Source of the DNA: Anthoceros angustus
Lineage: Eukaryota; Plantae; Anthocerotophyta
Assembly (NCBI GenBank): GCA_010909165.1
Contig: MU008199.1
Location: forward strand, 124,001 to 188,000
Length of the DNA stretch: 64,000 nucleotides
Direction of reading: 5' to 3'
A program made the translations under genes and the position numbers. A model generated the notes under the pieces. That model saw only the letters and a program-made list of their open reading frames with translations, searched no databases and was not told the origin of the DNA. Shown here in pieces: positions 36,665-48,672 of this stretch. The stretch's first letter is position 1. Each line of letters starts with the position of its first letter.

Positions 36665-37001
36665 GCTGTGAGGATGGCTCATGCACGTGCCCGTTAACGT
36701 TTAAGTTTAAGCCTTTGCTTGTTGTCCTCAATGAAGTTTTAAGTTAAGTGGAATTATTATCCTGGAGACTTTGATCGGTCATTGGTACAATGGAAGTCTA
36801 GGCTGTGAGGATGGCTCATGCACGTGCCCGTTAAGTCTAGGCTGTGAGGATGGCTCATGCACGTGCCCTGTGAGGATGGCTCATGCACGTGCCCATTAAC
36901 ATTTAAGTTTAAGCCTTTGCTTGTTGTCCTCAATGAAGTTTTAAGTTAAGTGGAATTATTATCCTGGAGACTTTGATCGGTCATTGGTACAATGGAAGTC
37001 T
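36665..37001. repeat. Compound direct repeat: two ~135-bp copies plus 4 copies of CTGTGAGGATGGCTCATGCACGTGCCC
   Basis: Direct comparison of 36665-36800 with 36868-37001. Confidence 0.85.
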
Positions 37002-38300
37002 CGACACGCCATGCTACATATTTCATAGGCACTATGGCGCACTTCTATAAACTCGTTCACCAATGTCTGGAGCGCACCATAAGACAAGGTTAATTAATAA
37101 CCCTCATTATTCAATGAAACTTTGTGAGCGGAAGCTCATAGAATTGCAAAAAGAAATAAGATAATTAATTAAAGTTGAATACAAAATTGTCTCGAGTACT
37201 TCTTGTGAGCACGTGTGTGTCCGTTCACCACTAACCTAGATATTAAATAAATCATAAATAATAATTGATAGGTTAATAACAACCTCTCACATTCTAACAC
37301 TCCCACTTAACCTAAGCAGGTTATTATGCATTCACCACTTAACTTCAAGTAAATAATGGTAAATAATAGTAAATACGAATGAATACGAGTAAATATGGAT
37401 AAATATGGGTAGCTAAATTATGCATTCGTAGTAGTTAGGTAGACTTCTAGTGAGAGAAAGTTATTTTACTTTTTTAACTTTTACAAATATTGAATCAAGT
37501 GTTAAATAAGGTCAAATAAATTTATCTTAACCCTAAAAACTGCTACCAAGTTTAGTTTGGGTGTGTGATAAACATTGACAGGCGAAAAAGAATGTAGGTG
37601 CTTACTAGAAGATAGACAGCTGCAACTAGCACTGGTTGCACGTGGAACTCGAGAAGTAGAAACAGAGTGTCACATCTTCAAAGAGACGACAACGAATCAG
37701 ATAATTAGGGGATAATCTTGCCCAAAGAAACTCAGACTCAATGAACGGACCTCTCAATGAAAACTTGCCAATAGGTTCAGTTAGGGTGTGTGATAAACAT
37801 TGATAAGGGAAAATACATACTAACCAGAAGATAGACAGGATCAACTTGCAAGACATTGGTCACACACTTCACTAAAGAAATAAAACATAGAGATGTCAAA
37901 AAATTACAGACATATCTATAAAAAAACGGATATAGAAAATTAGACAAAGATGACTGGAGGAATAATACATCCCTAAAGAACATGGACAATAACATCTATA
38001 AAAAAACGGTCATAGAAAATTAGACAAAGATGATTGGAGGAATAATAAATCCCTAAAGAACATGGACAATAACATCTGGAACACTTACAAACCAATGCAC
38101 CTGACTAGCTTTTCAAAGCAGACATAAAGCAAAGCAAACAGCTCAGAGTGAAAGGATCAATAACAAGAACTCTTAGCCAAAACTGCCAATAGAGACAAAC
38201 CGTAACCCTTAGCCAAAGCACACCCACGTCGCCGACACATCTAGAACACAAACAAACCAATGCACCTATCGTGCAGATATAACACATTCAACTCTAGTTC
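37000..38300 (-). mobile_element. Possible LTR-retrotransposon remnant (PPT + LTR start)
   Basis: Minus strand AAGTGGGAG (PPT-like) directly followed by TGTTAGAATG at 37299; AT-rich; ~83-bp tandem duplication at 37910-38076. No coding remnant recognised. Confidence 0.3.
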
Positions 38301-39157
38301 GGCATCACATCAAAGCAGCCACAAGCAATGAAACCTCATCCACTCACCTTTCACACAATCACATGCTGCCATCTAGCTCCAGCAAGTCGGATACGCATCC
38401 CACACTACCTCGGCTACCTCGCGGCCTCCCCTTCCTCTAACACTCCCTCGGATCGGATGCGAAGCCAGCTCCAGGCTCTCTACCTGCCCTCCCTCATCAG
38501 GGCACTCATCGAGGCCCGAGGGGAATGCGGAGCTAAATGCAATGTCATGTAAGACTTATACATCTATCTATATCACATATAAGTAATAATAAATTATTGT
38601 ACAGGTAATGCTTAGCTATGCTATGATATATATGAACTGCATAATAATAGTTTTCAATATAAAATGACTGGAGTGTACCACGTGACCTGAAAGATGCTTT
38701 CCCATGTGAGCGGCACAACAACACTGACTTGTGTCCAGCCCCCATAGCGTGACGATGTGGATGTTATTAAATTACCAGAAAGAGGGCATAATTTTCTTTC
38801 TCACTCTTGGGGCGCCGCCCAGATGCAGAAACGAACTGCTCACATGATGTGAGTATACCACTAGTAGACAACGGAGAATTCCAAAAGAGACTGCTCTGGA
38901 ACACATTATCTGCTACCTCTACCATCCGAAGCTTGACGCCAGAAGACTCGGGGTTCAGAGAAGTCAGATGCCACAACCATTTAAGCACACCAGACTCCTC
39001 CAGCACAAGTCACACGAATCCTGTCTCTTCACCGCGAATTCTGCCTTCTGAGACGTCTCAAAGCTCTTGCCTTCCGGCAATCTCGGTCTCTCGATCCCGG
39101 ATCCCGACCGAGGACCGAGGCAGATCGCGAATTGTGTGAAGGAATTCGATTCGAACC

Positions 39158-40660
39158 ATGGCCGCAAGGATCGCCTGCACACCGTCCTCCGCGGCACTCA
39201 ACTGCGCAGCTTCGAGAAACGCCGAGAGCAATCTGAAGCTCCCGCAGCGGCCGGCCCGGGTGAACGTTGGGCGGACCGGTCTCCCTTTCGCAACGCAGCG
39301 TTGCGCTGTCTTGGGTGATGGGTTCTCGGCCTCGGAGTTCGTGAGTGGCCGGGCGTGGAATTCGGGTGAGCCCAGGAGGCTGGGAATTGCTGGAGTTGGG
39401 AATGTGGGGGTGGGCGGGAAGGAGAAGGAGCTGGTGGACAAGCTGCGTGCTGCGGTTTCCAATCTGGGGGGGAATTTGAAGGTGAGGCGGGATCGGAGTG
39501 TGTGTGTGCTTGAACTGGTCGTGGTGATTGCGTCGTGGCTGATCCGCGTGCGGGGATTGAATTGGGCAGCAGGACCTGGACGACGATGCTCTGCTGCGCT
39601 TCCTGCGAGCCCAGTCGCTGAAGGTGGACAAGGCGGCTGAGAAGGTTGTGGCCCATCTGCGGTGGAAGGCCGGGACCAAGCCCCGGGGCTACGTCCCGGA
39701 AGCGCAGATCCGGGAGCAGCTCGCTCACGGCAAGTTCTTCTTGCAAGGGCATACCAAGCAGGGGTTGCCGGTGTTCGCCATCCTGGGACGGAAGCATGTA
39801 CCCGCCGACTCCGAGCAATTCAAACGTACGGATTCTGGGGAATCGGGTTTCTTGGTTGGTCTTGCGTCTCTGCTCAAGGAGGATATCATGTTCTCATGCT
39901 GTGTGGCAAGCCTTGATACGGTACCGTTGCACTGTTTTTGCAGGCTTCGTCACTTTCGCACTCGACAAGACATTGGCAGGGTGAGTTCATGCATGCGCAG
40001 CAGCTGCTGCTTGGTTGATCTTGTTGTGCAGTTTCGCTGTCCTACGTGGGGTTTTCGGTACCGAGGTTCCTGACAGCAACGTCTTTCCGATTTTCTGCAG
40101 TGCCCCTCCAGGACAGCCGCAGGTTGTGGGCATTGTCGATCTCAAGGGCCTTGGTTTCGGGAATTTGGATGCCAACGGATATATTGCAGGTTTCCTTATT
40201 CTTCAGGTAACACATGCATCTGCAAATTAGTTATATATACTACCGTCTGGGTCTTTGAGAGATTGTGAAGCTGGGTTTGATTCTCATCGCACCGTTTGTG
40301 GCTGATTTCAGGACCAGTATCCAGGAAACCTGCAGAAGATGTTCATGGTGAACGTTCCCTTCATCTTCAACGGCGTCTGGAAAGTGGTGTCTCCCTTTCT
40401 CGATGAACAAACTCGGTCCAAGGTAGACTGGCTTGCACTGGACAAATGGGTTCGATTAGTGATGTGTAGAATCCGTCTGTAGTTTGTGCATTTCCATGTC
40501 CTGACTGCGAATTTGTTGGCAGGTCATTTTTGTTCCTGACAACAAGTTGAAGGAAACACTTTTGGCGGAAATAGATAGAGATCAGTTACCAGTTGAATAT
40601 GGCGGGACTGCAAAGTTCGTTCCCCTTCAGGATGCCGTGGTGAAGGGTTACAGAACCTGA
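39158..40660 (+). CDS. CRAL-TRIO / Sec14-like lipid-binding protein, probable plastid transit peptide (multi-exon)
   Basis: DDDALLRFLRA..KVDKA...HLRW, GHTKQGLPV, FVTFALDK, IVDLKGLG, LQ|DQYPGNL, NVPFIFNGVWKVVSPFLDEQTRSK|V and QLPVEYGG. Confidence 0.9.
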
Positions 40661-41099
40661 CGGTGTGGCTGGATGCATCCACATAATATTCCCCTACTGT
40701 ACTCTACATGTAATGTTAGCTGTAACTGCACACCGCGAAATATGTGTATCTAGGATTGCAAGATCCCAGGAACCAACTCGTCCTATGAGCCCTTCTACTC
40801 GACTCACATGCCCTAGACAGAGCATGAGTTTTTTATGCCTACAGATACCCTCGAGGAAATGGTAAATAATAAATGACGCGGGTCGGTCATTTTCCTTTAC
40901 CTTTACTCCCCGGGGCACAGGGTCGGCTCCTACCCTTACAGGTACAGGTTACAAGACCTTAGGAGCCAGGAAGGCCCAAGGAAGCTCAATGTTTCTATGT
41001 ATCTATCGATGGATAGCTAGAATTCCATTCTAATAGTGCTACACCACCATGTGGTAAACTTGCTCCAATAAAGAAAGCCCCACGTAGGATCTCAGCGAG

Positions 41100-41900
41100 T
41101 GCAGCTGCCGGTATGTCATAGCAATCCTCTCGCAACAATGAGCGAGTGCAGCTGCCTAGATTCTTTTTTCTGCTGCAAATGAATCCTGTCCTTCGAAATA
41201 CGGCCACGTTCTAAACACCCATCTCTTCTCTGTTTCGTATTTGTTTGGCAATGCAATACAAAGCCTGTGCAGCTCTCTTTCCCACCCAGATACTCCATCT
41301 GCTTCCTCTTCATCGTCTGAGCAACTTGTACAGCCAAAGTTAGCAACAGTAGCACATAACCACCTTCATCTTCATTCTAAGACCAGCTGTTTCAGCTTCG
41401 CATAAACAGCAGTGTCGGCTGTCGGGGCGCTCTTCATCCCTACCTGAAAACGCATGAACTACGTGTGCACTACACCACTCATATCAGTCCACCAGCTCTT
41501 GCCCGCCTCCAAGTTCCATGCACCCATTTCTTTTCGCCTGGCTTGAAGCTCCCATGCCTCAAGCTCCTCCCACATGTTGCCTTTCCCTGCATGGATGGTA
41601 CATGCTAGACATCATGACATTGTTCCACTTCCGACAAGCACCCAAGAGAGCATGCCAGACTGCGTTGTGTGACTCCACAGGCATCGTCCCCTCCACACGG
41701 TCTACAGCCTCCTCCAGATGGCCTGCACGACCCATGGCCGTAGTGATAGGAAGGTCCAGGCCATAGTGATCGATCAGTAGCCCCACATTACACCATACTC
41801 ATATTGGTCGCATGGGTGTATGCAGCCCTTTCTCAAATTTCTCTCCAACAGCTCAAAGAGTAGTTCACTTTCTCCCAACCCAGTGTATCTGCATTCCAGG
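41100..41900 (-). pseudogene. Degenerate PLS-class PPR (E domain) fragment, copy 1
   Basis: MGRAGHLEEA...MPVESHNAVWHALLGACRKWNNV matches the E-domain consensus; flanked by stops and frameshifts. Confidence 0.7.
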
Positions 41901-42431
41901 TGCGTTTGTTCCTTGAGGGCAATGAGGGAGGCGCCGGGAAGGCCTGTCCGATCATGCCATTAGTGACGTTTTAAATGCTCTAATCACATATCAGTTCTGT
42001 ACATACATACGCCATGGCGTGGTCCACACCAAGGAGGAAAAGGCTACGGGAAAGCGCGCGTCTCGAGCGAAGTGCCACGTTTTCTCACCTACCCTAAAAC
42101 TGCGGATGGAGCATCTTTTGTGATAAGGCTTGCCGAGGCCATCCGCAACAGAGAGCAACAATGGGGCTTCAGGATCAAAGCAGCCAGCAGAGATTGCCTC
42201 TTTGCAGAGGGAGCTGGAGGAGCTGCAGGTCCCGGCCAAACGGGCGGAGCGGGAATACGAGCTGCACTACGAATTGGCCAGGGATGCAAGTCGGCGTGGA
42301 GAGCAGGACTTGTCCGCTGCTCATATGCACTGGTGCACCAAGCACATACGGAGTTGGAGAATTCGGAACCGACACTCCTCCCTCAACAGCCGCTTGCTCA
42401 ATAAAGAAAGCCCCACGTAGGATCTCAGCGA

Positions 42432-43232
42432 GTGCAGCTGCCGGTATGTCATAGCAATCCTCTCGCAACAATGAGCGAGTGCAGCTGCCTAGATTCTTTT
42501 TCTGCTGCAAATGAATCCTGTCCTTCGAAATACGGCCACGTTCTAAACACCCATCTCTTCTCTGTTTCGTATTTGTTTGGCAATGCAATACAAAGCCTGT
42601 GCAGCTCTCTTTCCCACCCAGATACTCCATCTGCTTCCTCTTCATCGTCTGAGCAACTTGTACAGCCAAAGTTAGCAACAGTAGCACATAACCACCTTCA
42701 TCTTCATTCTAAGACCAGCTGTTTCAGCTTCGCATAAACAGCAGTGTCGGCTGTCGGGGCGCTCTTCATCCCTACCTGAAAACGCATGAACTACGTGTGC
42801 ACTACACCACTCATATCAGTCCACCAGCTCTTGCCCGCCTCCAAGTTCCATGCACCCATTTCTTTTCGCCTGGCTTGAAGCTCCCATGCCTCAAGCTCCT
42901 CCCACATGTTGCCTTTCCCTGCATGGATGGTACATGCTAGACATCATGACATTGTTCCACTTCCGACAAGCACCCAAGAGAGCATGCCAGACTGCGTTGT
43001 GTGACTCCACAGGCATCGTCCCCTCCACACGGTCTACAGCCTCCTCCAGATGGCCTGCACGACCCATGGCCGTAGTGATAGGAAGGTCCAGGCCATAGTG
43101 ATCGATCAGTAGCCCCACATTACACCATACTCATATTGGTCGCATGGGTGTATGCAGCCCTTTCTCAAATTTCTCTCCAACAGCTCAAAGAGTAGTTCAC
43201 TTTCTCCCAACCCAGTGTATCTGCATTCCAGG
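42432..43232 (-). pseudogene. Degenerate PLS-class PPR (E domain) fragment, copy 2
   Basis: Duplicate of the fragment at 41100-41900. Confidence 0.7.
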
Positions 43233-43345
43233 TGCGTTTGTTCCTTGAGGGCAATGAGGGAGGCGCCGGGAAGGCCTGTCCGATCATGCCATTAGTGACG
43301 TTTTAAATGCTCTAATCACATATCAGTTCTGTACATACATACGCC

Positions 43346-43914
43346 ATGGCGTGGTCCACACCAAGGAGGAAAAGGCTACGGGGAAAGCGCGCGTCTCGAG
43401 CGAAGTGCCACGTTTTCTCACCTACCCTAAAACTGCGGGATGGAGCATCTTTTGTGATAAGGCTTGCCGAGGCCATCCGCAACAGAGAGCAACAATGGGG
43501 GCTTCAGGATCAAAGCAGCCAGCAGAGATTGCCTCTTTGCAGAGGGAGCTGGAGGAGCTGCAGGTCCCGGCCAAACGGGCGGAGCGGGAATACGAGCTGC
43601 ACTACGAATTGGCCAGGGATGCAAGTCGGCGTGGAGAGCAGGACTTGTCCGCTGCTCATATGCACTCGGTGCACCAAGCACATACGGAGTTGGAGAGAAT
43701 TCGGAACCGACACTCCTCCCTCAACAGCCGCTTGCTCAATGTGGTTAGGGACGATAGATATGACGGAGACCAGAAGTTGGGATGGTTTGCCTGGTTCACA
43801 GGCCTGTTAGGCAATTTCCTGGCCACTCAATTGTTCCCTTTCCTGGTAGACTGCGCGAAGCAGCTCATTGGGTCCTTGAAGAACGGGCTTATCAGGCTGC
43901 TGCAGGCGGCGTAG
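43346..43914 (+). CDS. Hypothetical coiled-coil protein with hydrophobic C-terminus (frameshifted as assembled; truncated copy at 42014-42402)
   Basis: ATG at 43346, then EIASLQRELEELQ...ELERIRNRHSSLNSRL...LGWFAWFTGLLGNFLATQLFPFL*. Homopolymer indels differ between the two copies. Confidence 0.4.
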
Positions 43915-44658
43915 GCTAGCAGGGTGTTTGTTTCTATCTTGCTTGTTGGATCCCTCATGACTGAGGAAGCAACACTTGTATATTTGATTTGCATTTTGTG
44001 TCACCAGGGTTGTCAGTTTGTATGGGTGTTTGGCATCCTGTACTTGCGCAAATGTCTTTGATGGCTCGATTCTTCTAACTGTTTGTACTAAGGACAGCAA
44101 AGTGGAGCATGTACTTAACATGGGCTGGCAGAGAAAGCTGTGCACTTCATGAGGACACACCAATAAGGTTCTTGCTCCTAAGGTCTGGCTTTGGTTTGTC
44201 CAAGTGCTGTGAGGAACTGCAATCAGTTGTAGCACTCCGTACTCCAAAAGAACTCACCCATGAGTGTATTGAGGTCTAGAAGTTTACGATTCTCAGAATT
44301 CTCCAAGAAAACACCTTGTTGATTCCGGATGCTGCGCAATGATTGAAATTTGTGTTGTTACACCTCCTTGTCGACAAAATAGTTTTTCCGGAGCTCGCCT
44401 TACTCTGTTTTCTATGTTGCCAAAATTCTGCCCATTCCATGTAGAGGAGCCGTCCTCTTAACTGGTGCCGGACGCCCCAGGGGGCGCTGCTTCTCTACGA
44501 CCAAAGTATAGTTGGTGTGAGGAAATGGAACATTAGGAGCCATCCGCATGCCGTTACAATGATGGAGGTGGAGGCATGCTTAGCAGCACAGACCTTGAGC
44601 TTGGGGTTAGGTTAACCAGTGAGCTTCCCTGGGCATGGAATCAAGCTCTCAGGAAGCA

Positions 44659-47290
44659 TCAAGCATTTGCACCCGCAGCATCATGACCCATGTTCCCCAA
44701 ATTGGGCCCGGCTCCAAATCCCATGTGCCCCAGCAGCACCCAGATATGAGTGATGAACTCCCCGCCCTCCGTGAGCAGCTCCACATGCTCCTTGGGCTTC
44801 GCAGCCACGGCTATGGCGATGAGCAGGTCCGCCCACACATCCCCCAGCATCGCCCACATCTGGGCCCTCTTCTCCTTGTTGGAAGCAGGAAAGCTTTCAT
44901 TCAACCGCACAGCAAGGATCCTCCCAGCCTTCCAGGGCTGGTGGGCGTACTGTCCCGGGCGCGGGTTGCCCAGCCAGCTCCTCAGGTCGCCGTAGCTAGC
45001 GTCCAGAAACGTCCTGGAAGCTTGAGTCCCCTGCGCCTGCGCCTGGCTCCATTGCCGGGTCCCGGGACTGGGAAGCTTAAGCTCGCGCTTGGTGCGCCAG
45101 AACACCTCCTTGGCCAGGGCGGCGTTGGACGGCAGCAACTGCGTCCGCTCCTTGAGCAGGTACAGAGTGTACCGCGACATGTACTGGGACATCTCCTTGT
45201 CCTCGGCGGCCTTGTGGGCGGTGGCATCCCTGGTACCCAGAAACGACTTCTTCAGCTCCCTGAACAGGATCTGGAACAGGCTTGCTTCCTGGAAGTCCGG
45301 CTTGCGGTTGATCTCGTGGGCCTCGCACAGGCTGGTGGCCACATGCCATGTGACTATGGCGTTCTCCAGGTCCGTGCTGCTGGCCCATGTGAAGTTGCTA
45401 GGATCCTGCTGGCCACGGCCGTGGCCGTCGTTGTGAGTATGGTGATGGTGGCGGGAGAGTGTGTATCCGGCAACGGAGGCCATGGTGTCCTTCAGATCCT
45501 GCAGCTCCACCTCTCTTCTGGGCTCTTCTTGTTCTTGCCCTTCCTCACCTGGCCCAGGAGGTTGCACCTGTCGAACACCTTGCCTAATAGGAAGACCTTG
45601 AAGGCCCGCACCTTGGGCTCCGGGACGCTCTGCCTGTCGTCGAATTCCTCCTCTCGGACAGGGATCAAGGAGACCTGCCCAAATCGGTGCCTCCAGTACC
45701 TGGGCCTGAAGAGCCCGAAGAGCTTGAGGTTCACGACCGAGAGCAGGGCTAGGGCCGTGGCAGCCATGGCCTTGAACAGGAACATGCTCACGGATTGAGC
45801 ATTTTCGTGGACAGAGGGTGGGTGTGGAGTGGAAGCTGTTGCAGCTTCCTGTGCTGCCTGCTTCCGATGACATACATGCAGGTTAGCCAGACTCTGGTCC
45901 AGTCTGTGAGGGTGAGCCTCGCCAGCTGCAACACCTCCACCAGGATGACGGAGGCGAACAGGACCCATGTCACTCCTCCAGCCACGCCCGCCAGCTGCAG
46001 ATCCTTGTCCCATTGCTTGAAGAACACCACAGCGCATATGATGATGACGACGAGGGACCCGACTCGGGAGAGTGGGCCGAACCACGTGTATGCTGTGCCT
46101 GAGGATTTGGTGAAGATGCTGTCGAACATGAAGCGGAGCTCCATGTCCAGGACGTCGACGAGCCTTTCCCTTGGAGGTTCTGCAGGTTTCTGGGACGGAT
46201 CTTGGAGTTCTGCTGAGGATGATGGTCCCCACAGCGAGTTGAAGAAGTTTCTGATGTTCTCGTTTCTCCACTCGTACATGTGCAGGCCTGTGAGCCGTCT
46301 GCGGAACATCTTGAAGAGAGCAAAGGCTATGCAGATGTCCACCACGTTCCTGCCGTTGCCTGGAGTCTGCCGCTCAAGTGCTTCCCTGTGCTCTCCATCC
46401 AAAAGGTCTGAGACCATGACCACCGCGCAGGGCTCTCTGATCTTGCGTTGCAGTGCCTGCCTCGTCGGTCTCGGGCCCCTGCACAGGGAAACTTGGAGAC
46501 AGGCAGCGGAACAGGCTCTTGAGCCACTTCTGTTCCCGCAAGGATTCCAGGACCTGGTGATACCATTTCTGAGTGTCGAAGGCGTGATCGTATGCTCGCT
46601 TCTCTCCTAGTATGAAGTAATTGTACTGTGGACCAGATCCGCGAGGTACATGCTCGTACTGCATCAATTTGTAAAGAGGGCGGGCCGCCTTGTCCAGATG
46701 GTGCTCGGAAGCATGGCGCAGAGCCAGAGTCCGCTCTCCGTACTTCACCGTTCCCACTGCAGCCAGAAACAGGCTGATCCGAGAACGGTGCCGTGTGCTG
46801 AGGAGAACACTACATAGAAAGCCGTGACCACCTGTACCGCCATTTGCATCACGAGTTCAACATCGGCATGCTGGACGAAATGGGGAATGGAGAAGGATGT
46901 TGGAACCAAACCTGGAAGAACATCTGAAAGCCATGCCTCTTCCAGAGCTCCGCATCTGCTATGGAGTAGGCACTGATGTTGTCAGGCCCTCCCAGGTGGA
47001 ACAGCAGGATGGCAGCCCAGAGCCCGTAAACCTGCTTCCGTTCGTCACACAACTTCCCCAACGCTCCCAGGGTGTAGACAGCCACTGCATCAGCCGTGTT
47101 GTAGGCCAGCCAAGAGACAGCTTGCAGAGTTCTATACCACTTCCGGGCGCCCCCTGTGGAGATCTGCACCAGCTGCAGAACCATGCTGGTGATCATCAGC
47201 GTGGGCAACATCCAAGAAGACTTGATCTCCTCCCAGGCAGTGGATGCGACAGGCACGGCGGGCGCTTGGCTGAAATCCGAGGCAAGTACT
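44659..47290 (-). CDS. DUF4220 + DUF594 membrane protein (apparent frameshifts; possibly pseudogene)
   Basis: WLAYNTADAVAVYTLG, WAAILLFHLGGPDNISAYSIADAELWKRH, KYGERTLAL, ELRFMFDSIFTK, IVTWHVATSLC, MSRYTLYLL and VWADLL...HVELLTEGGEFITHIWVLLGH. The frame changes near 45800 and 45500-45650; the start lies upstream and is not resolved. Confidence 0.85.
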
Positions 47291-48672
47291 GCAACACCAA
47301 GGCAGCAATCACAACCACTCCCTTGGCTCCCAGAGATGTTCTACTTGTGCTGCTTCTCATCCTGTTGGCCATACTCCACAACCCAGATTTCTGAGCCCTG
47401 GTCTCGTCATCGGAATGAGACCCCATTTCTTGATACGCTGAGCCCAAACTACCTTCACCTGACTCCTGGCTATCACAAATGGCTCCATCCCCTTCACATA
47501 CACTTACACTGCCTCCTTCACCGGCACCACCTCCGGATGAGCAAACCTGCCTGATGCTGGGATACAGAACTTGGACTCTATGCTTGGCCCTGGCACTGGA
47601 GATGCTACACACTCTGCCTCTGTAGATGGAACTCATCTTCCTCCTCCTGTAGCCTCCATTGTGACATCCACTCCTCAACCTCTCAGCGTGCTCTGGATTG
47701 GTCGATTCCTGCTCCTGCCAACCCACCAAGCTGGGTTCCCCTGCCAATCCCTCGCTTCCATCAGACTCTGCAGGGTGATCCTTCCCATCACCCATTACCA
47801 CACACCGTCACGATCCGCAAAAGCTCTCGCCGCCAGCAGCGTAAATCTTACGACAACGAGGGAATGTGTCTCTTCGGATCGTGAGATGGGCACAGGATTC
47901 ATAATCAGAAAGCGTGGCTTTGGGAAGCCCCCATCGCCAATTACACTACATCCGTTCAAAGCGAAACCATCGGGAAGAGTGGCAACAGTCCCGCGGCTTC
48001 CCTTCCAACAGTCGAGCAACTTGCACCCGAATTGAGCACGTGCCACAGCAACTTGTCAAATCTTCCACCCGAAGTCAGCACGTGTACCTGGTCCCACGGA
48101 GCCAGTCTGTACCTCTCTGGAGAAAACAAATGTATACGATTTTTTAACTTTTGAAGGCAAATCACGTCCTTTGGTCCATATCCCAGTGGAACCGGTAGGC
48201 CTAAATATCGGTTCGCCAGGGTACGGCCTGGCGAACCGACATGCCATGCCATGACCATGGCCTTCCTCCGTAGATATTTCGGTCATCTTGAGAGACAAGT
48301 GCAAACCGCTGAAACCTCTGGAATTCGGCAGGCTGCCAGGGAGGAAGCCACCACCGTGACCGCTGAACGCAAAGCGAATCAAGTCTGCAACCCCCGGGTC
48401 AAGGCGGGCCGAATTTCTCACTTGCTGCAGCAAGTTGCTGCTCGTTTTTCCACTAATTTGGTTCCCTTGCCCATAGCTATGAGCGGCAACACCACTAGCG
48501 ATGGAGCCACTCAACATCCTCACACACGTGAACCGTACCCAAAGTTTGGATCCAGGAAAGATGACAAAGTCGATGCTGAAAGTTTTGTGCTAGGGTCTCT
48601 GATCGTTCGTCCCTGCACACACCACCACACAATAGGGTCTGTCACCAGGACCTTGATTAATCTCTCCGGGGC

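Larger units (their letters stand above)
41060..43740. repeat. 1332-bp near-identical tandem duplication
   Basis: Identical ORFs at 41518/42850 and 41559/42891 (offset 1332); junction at ~42393-42402. Confidence 0.92.

Noticed and set aside
41100-41450. DYW deaminase domain downstream of the PPR E fragment
   Set aside because: Only faint GYV/KNL-like traces; no HxE, CxxC or DYW recoverable.
47800-48670. Several medium ORFs upstream of the DUF594 gene
   Set aside because: No consistent frame or recognisable motif.
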